From contig JAISGQ010000001.1 in the NCBI GenBank assembly GCA_031262985.1, positions 688 through 64,687 on the forward strand: a stretch of 64,000 nucleotides of DNA. Reading direction: 5' to 3'. The translations under genes and the position numbers were made by a program. A model generated the notes under the pieces. That model was not told the DNA's origin. It saw only the letters and a program-made list of their open reading frames with translations, and did no database searches. Origin of the DNA: Oscillospiraceae bacterium (GTDB lineage Bacteria > Bacillota > Clostridia > Oscillospirales > Acutalibacteraceae). Positions 8,851 through 18,783 of the stretch are shown piece by piece. Positions within the stretch are counted from its first letter, which is position 1, and each line of letters begins with the position of its first letter.

Positions 8851-9480
8851 TTAGCTGACTAATAAACCGCTGCTGTAGAGCTCGCTAATCTGATCTATGG
8901 TTATGTCTCCCTGCAGTATGCTCATGACCAAACTCCACGTTGCAAGCGACATAAACACGCAGACACCAATCCCGATAAGGGAGAGAATCAGAGCTACAAC
9001 GCCCGCGCCTACTCTCTTCTTCGCAAGCGCGACGATGGAGCAGATGAAGCCTATCAGCGGCAGAAGTGCGCCGAAAAACGGAATCCACGATCCGGTAAGT
9101 CCGAGAATGGAAGTCACAAGTCCTGTTACAGCCGCGCCCTTGCCCTTTTTCTTTGCAGGAGCTTCGACGACGATAACTTCCTCGACTACTACGGGAGCTT
9201 CTACTACTATAACAGCTTCCTCGACTACGGGAGCTTCCTCTGCTACAGGAGCAGCTTCCTCAGCTACGGGAGCTTCCTCGACTACGGGAGCTTCCTCTGC
9301 TACAGGTGCTTCCTCGACTACGGGAGCAGCTTCCTCTGCTACAGGAGCTTCCTCGACTGCGGGAGCTACTTCCTCTACTGCAGGTGCTTCCTCTGCTACG
9401 GGAGCAGCTTCGACCTCGGGAGCTACTTCCTCTGCTACGGGAGTAACCTCTACCTCGGGGATGATGGGATTATTTTCCAT
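8851..9480 (-). CDS. membrane protein, paralog 3 of 3, with an expanded (EEAPVA/EEAAPVV)n repeat
   Basis: The start was set at MENNPIIPE. A run of about 90 aa consists of tandem EEAPV-type units encoded by 18-21-nt DNA repeats at about 9170-9440. Confidence 0.6.
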   Translation of the reverse strand: MENNPIIPEVEVTPVAEEVAPEVEAAPVAEEAPAVEEVAPAVEEAPVAEEAAPVVEEAPVAEEAPVVEEAPVAEEAAPVAEEAPVVEEAVIVVEAPVVVEEVIVVEAPAKKKGKGAAVTGLVTSILGLTGSWIPFFGALLPLIGFICSIVALAKKRVGAGVVALILSLIGIGVCVFMSLATWSLVMSILQGDITIDQISELYSSGLLVS

Positions 9481-9666
9481 TTTACAAAACCTCACTCTCA
9501 CTAAATTTACAATAATGTTACCATATGTTCAAAAATTTGTCAATATTGCACAAACACAAAAAATATATGGAAAACTTTTGGCATTTTGTAACATTGTGCA
9601 TAAGGAATTGTGATATTTGCGAATATAATGAGTTACAGTTTTGTAATGTGAGGATATTCCCCTCGT

Positions 9667-12600
9667 TTAAAAAGATACTTCAATCAGCCGCCCTAACGTA
9701 AATGAATAGATACACAGCCGCTCCGCCTCGCACCCTGTCACCTCGCTCATAGCAAAGGAGTACAGCCGCAGTTGTCCTCCATAATTCGCCGCGTAGGCGT
9801 CCGGATTTCGCTCCCTGTCAGTCTTGTAGTCGATTATAGTGAGCTTCCCGTCCTTCACAAGCACCAAGTCGCACTCGCCCTGCAGCACAATATCCTCCCC
9901 ACGCAAAATAGAGTTGCCGCCGCTCGTCTGTCCGTCCGCTTGCTCCGACTGCCCCTCCGCCTCAGGCTTTAAGTAGGAGTAGTATTCCTCCGGCAGGAGT
10001 ACGGTAAATCGCCGCTCGCGGTAGACCTCGTCCGCCGATTTTATCAGTCTGCCCGCCTCCCCCGCAAAGAAGGAGTAGATTTTTTCCAAGTCCACAACAG
10101 CCGCCTCCTCCTCGCTCAAAAAGCCGAGGGAGACCAGCCGCGTGACCTCACGCTCCGCGCTTTCGGCGGCGAGGGAGCAGTCGCACAGCTCCATAAACTT
10201 GTGCAGTGCAGTGCCTCTTTCCGCCGCGTTCATGCCGTCCTTCTGCATGAAGGACGGGCGGCGCGACAGCCCTTCAAGCGGATTCTCCCCGCCTATCTTC
10301 TTGTTGAGGGAGGTGGCGACTACCTTCGCAGGGATTTCCCGTAGTTCCCGATATGGGTATCTGTAGGCGAATTTCTCCCTCAGCTTCTGCACCTCCCCGC
10401 CGTCAACCGAGGTGGTGGTGGAGAGGGAGGTGGTGTCCTCCCCGCCTTTCGCCGCAGGAGGAGTAGCAGCAGCGGCGTACTTATCCCAATCGCCGCCCGA
10501 AACTATATTGACGCGAACCGCGCCGAACTCCTCCTTCGGCAGATGAGAGGCAGGTGTGCCGCCGAACTCCTCCTTCGGCAGATGAGAAGCAGGAGTGCCG
10601 CCGTCCTCATTCGCGGAAAGAACACACCGTTCGGGGAGCTGGCATATCTGCCGAAGGTCGTATGAGCTTCGGCTCCTCAAAATACACGCCATAATCCACG
10701 CCGCGTATCTGACAGTGCCGGAGACGGCGTAGGGGTTGACCGAATACACGCCCTCCTCGCTCCTGCATATGAGTGACGCGCTGTCGCAGATAAACTTGTC
10801 GATATTGGGGACAGATGCGGTCATTATCATTTTTTCCTTTGCCCGCGTCATCGCCACATAGAGTACGCGGATGTGTTCGCTGACCGCCTCCCTTTGGTTG
10901 ACCGCGCGTATTGCCGAGGCGGCAAACGGTCTGTAGCGGTACGCGCCGTCCGCCGTTTTCATGTCCATGCCAAGCAGATAGCGCGGGTGGAGTGACAGCC
11001 GCCCCTCCGGCTTGGAGGAGTGGTTTACTCCCAACCCCGAGAGTATGCAGACGGGGAATTCCAGCCCCTTCGACTTGTGGATGGTCATCACCGTGACTGC
11101 TCCTTTGCCGCCGAGGGAGGGGGATGGAACGGCGAGATCGTCGCCCCGTTCGGACATAATATCAATTCTTCGCATGAATTTAGACAGTCCCTTAAATCCC
11201 GACTTCTCGAACCCTGCGGCGTACTCGATAAGCAGACGCACCGAGCCGAGCCGCTCCTCTCCTCCTGCGCCTGCGCGTATAATGCTGTCGTAGGAGGTGA
11301 CAGTCAGCATCTCCGAAATCAGCCGCCCGACTGTAGATGTGACTGCCGACTGCCTGAGCCGTGCGGTAGTTTCGAGAAACTCCCTGCACTGCGCGTCTCC
11401 GTCTCCTGCCTGCATGAGAAGCGCGGAGTAGAGGCTCGCCGTTTTGCTCCTCAGGCGAATCTGCGCGAGCTTATCGGGCGAAAAGCCGAACATGGGGGAG
11501 GACAGCACGGCGAGGAGCGGAATATCGCGAAGGGGATTATCTATCACTCGAAGGTAGGAGATAATCGTGCTTATCTGCACCTTATCGAAAAATCGCTCAT
11601 CGTTGTCGCTCCTCCTTGCCGGTATGCCGACATCGGCGAGAGCGGAGACGATATTCGCCCCCGCGTCTCCCTTGACCGAAAAGAGCAGGACGCAAAAGTC
11701 GTCGGGAGTACACACGCGAAGCTTCTTGCTCTCCTTGTCGGTGACGAGGAAGCCGCCGCCTATCATTTGGCTTATCCTCTCGGCTATGTACCGCGCCTCG
11801 GATTGCTCGGCTTCGTCGGAATCCTCTGCGCCTTCCTCTCCTCCTCTCCTCTTTTCGGGGCAGAGGAGGCAGAACTCGGTGCGGTTGCTCTGGGTGTCCT
11901 GCTCCTGCGCCGACTGTGCGGAGGAGGACTGCTCCCCTGCCGACTGTGCTGTGGAGGGCTGCTCCTTCACCGATTGCGCGGAGGAGGACTGCTCCTGCTC
12001 TCCTCCTGCCGCTTGCTTTTCGGGGTAGTAGGTCGCTCCGAATTTTAGCTCGTGGGAGCTGTCATAGTCTATCTCCCCGCACTCCCTCGACATTATCTGG
12101 GAGAACACAAAGTTGGCAAATGAGGTGATTTCCTCCCTACTTCTGTAATTTTTCGATAGAATAATACGCGTAGGATAGGGAATTTCGGGGATTTGGGGTG
12201 CGGCGGAGGTGTCGGTCGGGGTGCGGGAGGGGTTCTCCTCCGACAGATGGGAGGTGGGAGGAGTGCCGTTGTCCCCCTCCGACAGAAGGGAGGTAGGGGA
12301 TGTACCGCTGTTCTCCTCCGACGGGTAGGAGGCAGGGGGAGTGCCGCCGTTCTCCTCCGACAGATAGGAGGTGGGGGGTGTGTCGCCGCCCTCCCCCGAC
12401 AGATGGGAGGTGAGAGTAGTGTCCTCCTCTGACGGGTAGGGGTAGTCGGGGTATCGGTCGAGCTTCTGCGAAAAGAGGAGGGGCATGGCGCGTCTGAACT
12501 TATATATACTCTGCTTGACGTCGCCCACGAGGAAGAAGTTGTCTCCCTCCCCAATCTCATTGCCGTAGTTGCCGCTGTCCTTTGCGATAGCGCGGAAGAT

Positions 12601-13836
12601 TAAGTCCTGCACGGGGTTAGTGTCCTGATACTCATCTATCATAATCTCATCATAGCGGGAGGAAATCTCGCGGGCTATCTCCGTTTGGCAGTACCTGCCG
12701 TCCTTCTCCTCTGCCAGCAAGCGAACGGAGTACTGCTCTAAGTCGTTAAACTCCATTATTCCCCGCTCCCGCTTGAGGCTCTCGAGGGAGGCGAGATACT
12801 GCTCGGTAACTTCGCACAGAGCCTCTATCATAGGATACTGCGCCTTCATGTCCTCCAGATACTCGCTTTCTGTAGAACAGATTGCGCCGCTAATGGAGGA
12901 GAGGAGGGAATAAGCCTGATTGACAAGCCCCAGTATCCTCCTGTAGCCCATTGCGTCCTTGGTGCTTGTTTTCTTCTTGTAGCCGCCGCCCGAAAGCAGT
13001 TCGCGAAGGGCGTCAAAATCCCCTCTCTTTGCCGCAAGGAGTATGCCCTCCGCCGTTTCCATAAAGGCGGCAATGTCCTTTAGCAGACGGCTGTCCGCTA
13101 TGCCGTATTCGGTGCAGCACTCACGCGCCTCTTTGTACATACACAGTGCCGCCTCCGCTTTCCCTGCCGCCTCGCTCAGAAGGAGGCGCGACAGCTCCCA
13201 CTCCGCAAGGGGTTTCGGGTGCTTGTACATCTCCTTGATTCGCGAGAGCAGGCGGGAGGGGAACGGGTCGGCTGTGACATACCTCTCCATTTGCAAAATG
13301 AGGGAGGTGAAGTCCTTGTCGTTCCCCGACCTGCACACATTTTCAAAGAGGAGGAGAAAGCCGCCGTTGTTTTCGCTGTCTGATAAGTAACGCTCGGTCA
13401 GCTCCTCTATTATAGAAACGCGAACGGAGGACAACTCGTTCTCCTCGCTTATTCTGAAATCGGGGGAGAGTGACAGCCTGTAGAAATTCTCCCGTATCAG
13501 CTTGCCGCAAAAGGAGTGGATAGTGCATATATCGGCATTTTGGAGGAGCAGTCTCTGCCTCATAATCCATGTGCTGTCGGGGTTTTCGAGAAGCTTTTCG
13601 TACAGCCGCCTGCTGATTCGTTCGCGCATCTCGGCGGCGGCGGCGTTACTGAAGGTAACGACCGCCAAACGGTCGGCTCCGGTTCTCTTACTCTCGTCGG
13701 GGTGAGTGAGCTTTAAAACCGCACGCTCAGACAGAACTGCGGTTTTGCCGGAGCCCGCCGCCGCCGAGACCAGCACGCTCCCGCCGTTTGCGTTTATGGC
13801 GGCATACTGCTCCTTGTTCCAGTTGAAAGCCGGCAT
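9667..13836 (-). CDS. addA: ATP-dependent helicase/nuclease subunit A (AddA), with three in-frame low-complexity repeat insertions
   Basis: UvrD-type Walker A AAGSGKT, motif III GDVKQSIYKFR, NYRS, and the C-terminal RecB-type nuclease motif IIDYKTD. It lies immediately downstream of addB. At 1389 aa it is longer than typical AddA proteins. Confidence 0.85.
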   Translation of the reverse strand: MPAFNWNKEQYAAINANGGSVLVSAAAGSGKTAVLSERAVLKLTHPDESKRTGADRLAVVTFSNAAAAEMRERISRRLYEKLLENPDSTWIMRQRLLLQNADICTIHSFCGKLIRENFYRLSLSPDFRISEENELSSVRVSIIEELTERYLSDSENNGGFLLLFENVCRSGNDKDFTSLILQMERYVTADPFPSRLLSRIKEMYKHPKPLAEWELSRLLLSEAAGKAEAALCMYKEARECCTEYGIADSRLLKDIAAFMETAEGILLAAKRGDFDALRELLSGGGYKKKTSTKDAMGYRRILGLVNQAYSLLSSISGAICSTESEYLEDMKAQYPMIEALCEVTEQYLASLESLKRERGIMEFNDLEQYSVRLLAEEKDGRYCQTEIAREISSRYDEIMIDEYQDTNPVQDLIFRAIAKDSGNYGNEIGEGDNFFLVGDVKQSIYKFRRAMPLLFSQKLDRYPDYPYPSEEDTTLTSHLSGEGGDTPPTSYLSEENGGTPPASYPSEENSGTSPTSLLSEGDNGTPPTSHLSEENPSRTPTDTSAAPQIPEIPYPTRIILSKNYRSREEITSFANFVFSQIMSRECGEIDYDSSHELKFGATYYPEKQAAGGEQEQSSSAQSVKEQPSTAQSAGEQSSSAQSAQEQDTQSNRTEFCLLCPEKRRGGEEGAEDSDEAEQSEARYIAERISQMIGGGFLVTDKESKKLRVCTPDDFCVLLFSVKGDAGANIVSALADVGIPARRSDNDERFFDKVQISTIISYLRVIDNPLRDIPLLAVLSSPMFGFSPDKLAQIRLRSKTASLYSALLMQAGDGDAQCREFLETTARLRQSAVTSTVGRLISEMLTVTSYDSIIRAGAGGEERLGSVRLLIEYAAGFEKSGFKGLSKFMRRIDIMSERGDDLAVPSPSLGGKGAVTVMTIHKSKGLEFPVCILSGLGVNHSSKPEGRLSLHPRYLLGMDMKTADGAYRYRPFAASAIRAVNQREAVSEHIRVLYVAMTRAKEKMIMTASVPNIDKFICDSASLICRSEEGVYSVNPYAVSGTVRYAAWIMACILRSRSSYDLRQICQLPERCVLSANEDGGTPASHLPKEEFGGTPASHLPKEEFGAVRVNIVSGGDWDKYAAAATPPAAKGGEDTTSLSTTTSVDGGEVQKLREKFAYRYPYRELREIPAKVVATSLNKKIGGENPLEGLSRRPSFMQKDGMNAAERGTALHKFMELCDCSLAAESAEREVTRLVSLGFLSEEEAAVVDLEKIYSFFAGEAGRLIKSADEVYRERRFTVLLPEEYYSYLKPEAEGQSEQADGQTSGGNSILRGEDIVLQGECDLVLVKDGKLTIIDYKTDRERNPDAYAANYGGQLRLYSFAMSEVTGCEAERLCIYSFTLGRLIEVSF

Positions 13837-16800
13837 TTATTCGTCCTCCTCTCTGTATTTATCGAATAGGTATCTCACTGCCTCGCTCTGCTTGAGCTTT
13901 AGGACGGAGCGTTGTCCCTGCTTGTCCTCGTTTCGGCACACGGGCTTATACTCGCAGTAGTCGCACGCGCTGTACTTCGATTTCGAGGGGGAGATGTCGA
14001 TATTTCCGTCCATGACCATCTGTCCCATCTCCCGAAGCAGTTCTCTTATGTGCCGCGCCAGATAGTCGAAGGTCTTAGCGGGAACTGCCTTTGAGCTTGC
14101 GGAAATTCCGTTTTTGGTGAGCGACACGGGGATATACTCCCCCATGAGCCGCCGTTCCATAGCCTCAAGCACGTTCATGTCGTCCACCACCATGCCGCTC
14201 ATGGTAAGCTTGCCCTTCCCCTTCTGTTTGCTGTTGGGGGAGGAGGGGGGGAGGAGAGATGCGGTAGAGGGGGTAGTCAGCTTGCTTCCCTCCTCCTGCC
14301 AGCTGTTGGGGGTGGAGGAGAGGGCGGCGGCGCGGCTTGTGTCCTCCTGTCCGCTGTTGGGGGTAGAGGATAGTGCGGCAGCGCGGCTTGCGTCCTCCGG
14401 TCCGCCGTTGGGGGTAGAGGAGGAGAGTGCGGCGGCGCGGCTTGCGTCCTCCGCCTCGGATTTGGAGGGGACGTACAGCACACCTGCGGCGCGGTACTTG
14501 CCGTCCTTGTCGGGGGCTACCGCGTTCTCCCCCTCCCCGAGCAGCTTGCCTGAGTTACATATCAAATCGAGGTAAATAGGCATTTGCAGGTTCAGCCCGC
14601 TCATGGTCTCCGCTAAACTGAACTCCTTCTTCCCCGTCTTGTAGTCGACCACACGCACATAGGGCTTCCCGTCTATCACACAGGCGTCCACCCTGTCAGC
14701 CTTGCCGCCTATGGTTATAGTGCCGCCGTCAAGCTGCAGGGTCAGCGGCTTTATGTCGCCGCTCCTGCCTATTTCAAGCTCGAAGGCGACAGGGCGAAAC
14801 GCACTTTGTGAGAACTCCGCCACAAGGTGCTGTAATACATCCGTGACACTGCCCGAAAGCCGCTTGACGAGGTAGAGAAACCGCGCGCTTTTATCCCGCT
14901 CACCGCCCATGGTAATCTCTATGTAGCTATCAATATAGCGCGACACAAGTCCGCGCAGTCCGCCTCCCTCGGAGATGGCGTGAAGCTCCTTGACACTATG
15001 CTCGCGAAGTGCATTTTCGAGGACGTAGTGTACCGTGTTTCCGTAGGTTATGGGGTTAAGCTCTGCCTTTCTCCTGCCGCTTGCGCCTAAGGTGTACTTG
15101 CAGAAGTAGGAGAAGGGACATTGGAAGTACTGCTCTGCACGCGAGGGGGAGATGTACATATTCTTTCCGTAAAGCGCGGAGCGAAGGGCTGGGTCGGTTA
15201 TCCTCCTGCTCATATTCACAGCGGAGGACTGCTCCACTGCCGACAGCTTTCGGCTTACCTCCTCCTCGTTTTGCAGTGCCGCTCGGAGCGAATACGCCCT
15301 TTCATCCTTCTCTCCGTAGCAGACGCACAGCTGTTCAAACGCGGAGTTGGCACTCTCCGACAGCTCGAAGGGGGAGAGGAGTTCTATTTTCCTGTGGTTT
15401 TTGATTAACCGCTCTGTTTCGTATATTATCTCCGACGGCGAATTACTCTCCCTGCCGCCGCTCACGGGGTAGGAGATATACAGCCGCTCGGAGGCGCACA
15501 TCATGGCATTGTAGCACAAAAGGCGTTCCTCCAGCATTACCTGCTCCGCCGGCTCGGCTACCTCTAAATGATGAGCGATGAGGGCGGCGCGTTCGCTGTC
15601 TGTGAATACTCCGCCGCCCGATACGGATGCGGGGAACACGCCGTCAGCCGCGCCTAAAATGAACACAGCCTTCGGGGAGGAGGGGCGGATTCTGTCCGCC
15701 GCGCCGAAGCAAATCTCATCCAAGCCCTGCGGAATCTGCCCCACCGAACACTCGGAGAGCATGACGGAGAACAGCTCGGAGTACTCCTCCCTCGAGAGCC
15801 TGCCGTCGCCGATAATCGAGTGGAGCTGTTCGAGTATGTCTATAAGAACCTCCCATATCTGCGCCTGTATCTGCGCGTCAGATGGGGGGAGGAGGGAGCA
15901 TAGCCGCTCGATACACTCCGCACTGCCCGCTCGCTCTAAGAGGGAGAATATCGCCTTTGCCGCCTGCGTTCCGCTTGCGCCTTTCATCTCCTCTGAAAAG
16001 GAGAGATACACCTCGCAGAATCTTCGGCGAACGCAGTTGATTCTCGATAGAAGCTGCTTGTCCTCCTCTGTCAGCTCCGGCTCGAAGCCTCTCGGGTGGG
16101 AGGTAAATTCCATCCTCCACTGCGCGGCAGATATGCCCCACAGAAGGACGTACTCCTCGACCTCCGCGATAAGACGCTCCGTGTCGCTATTGCCGCTCTT
16201 GCCGCCATTTTCAGAGAGGGAGGAGAGGTCAATCATCCCGGTCTTTAGAAGGACGATAATATCGTCGGCGGAGGATAAAGTAAGCGCGGTCTCAACAAAC
16301 CGAATGAGCGGGGAGCAGTCCACGGGGCTTCTCCTGTCGATAAAACAGGGGATACTTTGCATATCCATGGCGTTCGAGAGCAGTTCGCTGTAGTCGCCCT
16401 CGTTCCGCGCAATTATTGCTATATCGCGGCAACGGTAGCCCTCTTCGCGGAGCAGCCGCCTGCACTCCGCCGCCGCGAACTGCACCTCCTGATACCTGTC
16501 ACGAGCGGCGTACACCGAAATTTCCTCCGCCTCGCCCTCGTATGCCTCCTCCTGCCGCGTGAATATTGAGCGATTGAGGAAGGCTATCGCCTTCGATTTG
16601 TAGCGCGGCAGGCAGGGCAGCACCTCGGGCACGGCTACGGGTACTCCGCGCCGCCGTGCCTCAGCTATCAGCTTTGCCGCAGTTTTGCGAACGGGAGAAA
16701 ACAAGCCCGCGCCGCCCTCCCGCTCATTCTCCCCGTCGGAGCAGAGTGTGACTACGCACTGTGCCGCCTGCGCGGCTATCTCGCCGATTACTGTCAGCTC

Positions 16801-17532
16801 CTGCTTTGTAAGCCCTCTGAAGGAGTCGAAAATCACGGTTTTTCCCTCGAAATACCTATGCTCCTTTAATATGCCTGCCAGCCGCGTAAGCTCGTCGAGG
16901 GGGTCGAGTGCCGAACGCGCCGTTATCCCCTCAAACGCCGAGTATATCAGCGACAGCTCGGAGAGCTTCACGCGAAGCGGCTCGGACTGCACCTCCCCAG
17001 CTGTGGCGAGGAGCATATCGGGGGTGATGCCGCACATTTTAAACTCCTTGACCGCGTGGAGGATGTGGGAGATGAAGCTCGCGCCCGACTTCTTCTTCCT
17101 GTAGAGCGTGAGGCTGTCGGCGGTCTCCCTCAGCGAGAGGGCTACCGCCGCCGCACGCCCTGTGTCGGAGAGGCGCGGGCGGGAGTTGCCCGAAAAGCGG
17201 CTTCCCAGCTCCTCCGCAAGGCGGGAGAAGCTGAATATCTCAATATTTTCGATTCCCTTAGCCGAAAGGCGAAGGAGCATTTTTTTCTCTGTCTCGAAGG
17301 AGTACTGCTCGGGAATGATGAGCACTGTGCGCGGGGCTTCTGCTACTGCCGCACCGACGGGTACTCCGGCGACTGAGCCGACTGCGCTTGTTGCTGTAGC
17401 TGAGCCGACCGAGCCGACTGCCGCTCCCTCTGCTCCTCCTGCGACTGCTCCCTCTGAGGCGAGCTGTGCCGCAAGCTCCCGCGCGAAGTGGGTTTTTCCT
17501 GTTCCCGCACGTCCGTAAATTAATTTAAGCAT
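13837..17532 (-). CDS. addB: ATP-dependent helicase/nuclease subunit B (AddB), with in-frame repeat insertions
   Basis: Walker A GRAGTGKTH, nuclease motif VVDYKTGKK, and Fe-S cysteines CPFSYFC and CDYCEYKPVC. Its stop abuts the addA start. Confidence 0.85.
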   Translation of the reverse strand: MLKLIYGRAGTGKTHFARELAAQLASEGAVAGGAEGAAVGSVGSATATSAVGSVAGVPVGAAVAEAPRTVLIIPEQYSFETEKKMLLRLSAKGIENIEIFSFSRLAEELGSRFSGNSRPRLSDTGRAAAVALSLRETADSLTLYRKKKSGASFISHILHAVKEFKMCGITPDMLLATAGEVQSEPLRVKLSELSLIYSAFEGITARSALDPLDELTRLAGILKEHRYFEGKTVIFDSFRGLTKQELTVIGEIAAQAAQCVVTLCSDGENEREGGAGLFSPVRKTAAKLIAEARRRGVPVAVPEVLPCLPRYKSKAIAFLNRSIFTRQEEAYEGEAEEISVYAARDRYQEVQFAAAECRRLLREEGYRCRDIAIIARNEGDYSELLSNAMDMQSIPCFIDRRSPVDCSPLIRFVETALTLSSADDIIVLLKTGMIDLSSLSENGGKSGNSDTERLIAEVEEYVLLWGISAAQWRMEFTSHPRGFEPELTEEDKQLLSRINCVRRRFCEVYLSFSEEMKGASGTQAAKAIFSLLERAGSAECIERLCSLLPPSDAQIQAQIWEVLIDILEQLHSIIGDGRLSREEYSELFSVMLSECSVGQIPQGLDEICFGAADRIRPSSPKAVFILGAADGVFPASVSGGGVFTDSERAALIAHHLEVAEPAEQVMLEERLLCYNAMMCASERLYISYPVSGGRESNSPSEIIYETERLIKNHRKIELLSPFELSESANSAFEQLCVCYGEKDERAYSLRAALQNEEEVSRKLSAVEQSSAVNMSRRITDPALRSALYGKNMYISPSRAEQYFQCPFSYFCKYTLGASGRRKAELNPITYGNTVHYVLENALREHSVKELHAISEGGGLRGLVSRYIDSYIEITMGGERDKSARFLYLVKRLSGSVTDVLQHLVAEFSQSAFRPVAFELEIGRSGDIKPLTLQLDGGTITIGGKADRVDACVIDGKPYVRVVDYKTGKKEFSLAETMSGLNLQMPIYLDLICNSGKLLGEGENAVAPDKDGKYRAAGVLYVPSKSEAEDASRAAALSSSTPNGGPEDASRAAALSSTPNSGQEDTSRAAALSSTPNSWQEEGSKLTTPSTASLLPPSSPNSKQKGKGKLTMSGMVVDDMNVLEAMERRLMGEYIPVSLTKNGISASSKAVPAKTFDYLARHIRELLREMGQMVMDGNIDISPSKSKYSACDYCEYKPVCRNEDKQGQRSVLKLKQSEAVRYLFDKYREEDE

Positions 17533-17710
17533 ATGTGTGGTTCTCCTTAGGGTGTGTACTGCTTTACATTATACTACAAAACAGCGGCAGTTGCACGGCA
17601 TAAATTCACATATCAGATAGAATATTTGCGGCGGAGTAAAAAAACACTTGCTTTTTGCTCCGCCGTGTATTATAATGTTATAGCACCTCAAGAGAGGGTG
17701 CAGTATATAT

Positions 17711-17786
<76 letters not shown>

Positions 17787-18195
17787 AAACTTTGCCTTAC
17801 GGCAAAGAGTGAAAAGATAAAAATGAAAAGTGAAGAGAAAAGGTGTGGGCAAGCCCACGATTTTAATCGGCAAAGTTTTGTACTCTTCTCTTTTCTCTTT
17901 TCTCTTTTCACTCTTCTCTTTTTCTGCCCGCAGGCACGCCCCTCTCCCCCGTTCCTCCCCGTAGGAGCAAAATCGGCTTCCTCCCCCATGATTCTTTCTT
18001 GAAAGAATCATTTTTTACTTTCCCTTTTGTGATAAATTAGTGAGAAAATCTCCTCTATCAGTATAAACGAGAGGAACAGTCCTCATGTATGTATCCTTGA
18101 AATTTCGCAGGGAGTAGTCGATAATTCGTGGCTTGCGGACGCGGATTTTTGGTATTTGAGCAAATAATAAATTAATCAAAGAAAGGAACATCTCA

Positions 18196-18783
18196 ATGAA
18201 ACGTATCATCACACTATTTCTCGCAGTCCTTCTCCTTTTCTCCTTGGTCTCTTGTGGAGGAGACACCGAAGGCGGTTCTTCCGCACCTGATGTTGCAAGC
18301 AATTCGGCTACACCCGACGAGCCAACTCCCGCAGATCCCGATGATGTGAGCATGATTAACGGCACACTGTACGCGGTTGTCGCTGAGGACGAAGTTCCTA
18401 CGAGAGATTTCGGCTACGAGGAGGGCAAATTAACTCCCGAAAGAGTTGCCGAGGCACTCTCCGCATGGACAGGACTGAATTTCAGCATCACCTCTGAGTT
18501 TGACGCGGAGTACGGAACTTATATTATCACTTGGAAGTCCGACTCCTCTCTCGCGACAGGTCAGCCTCCCATGGAGCAGAACGAGGAGTTCACATTCTAC
18601 GACGCTGTGACACTGCGCTTCTTCATGCTCAACAGCCTGTGCCGCACTATCAGAGAGAATATCGGCGAGTACGATATTTACTACGCGGTCGAAGGCGGCG
18701 ATTTGAACGAAATGGAGCTGGGAGTTGACTTCAACCCCGGCATGGCGTACAACAGAAACGAAAGTCCTAAGGTGTTAGGATAG
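18196..18783 (+). CDS. lipoprotein, function unknown
   Basis: The signal peptide has a lipobox (MKRIITLFLAVLLLFSLVSC-GGD). Confidence 0.55.
   Translation: MKRIITLFLAVLLLFSLVSCGGDTEGGSSAPDVASNSATPDEPTPADPDDVSMINGTLYAVVAEDEVPTRDFGYEEGKLTPERVAEALSAWTGLNFSITSEFDAEYGTYIITWKSDSSLATGQPPMEQNEEFTFYDAVTLRFFMLNSLCRTIRENIGEYDIYYAVEGGDLNEMELGVDFNPGMAYNRNESPKVLG

Noticed and set aside
9170-9440. Regular short DNA repeats that could be mistaken for a CRISPR array
   Set aside because: The units (18-21 nt) are contiguous with no unique spacers and lie in frame inside a coding sequence. No cas genes are present.
8897-9613. 238-aa plus-strand ORF with (TTGASS)n repeats
   Set aside because: It is the reverse-complement reading of the EEAPV repeat gene. 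The minus-strand gene has an RBS, conserved paralogs and TM segments, so it was preferred.
11020-12048. 342-aa plus-strand ORF (with several shorter ones at 11012-12560)
   Set aside because: They are antisense to addA and run through its repeat insertions. Their low-complexity Arg/Gly/Leu-rich translation is a shadow-frame artefact.
15578-16393. 271-aa plus-strand ORF
   Set aside because: It is antisense to addB, which has clear Walker, nuclease and Fe-S motifs on the other strand.
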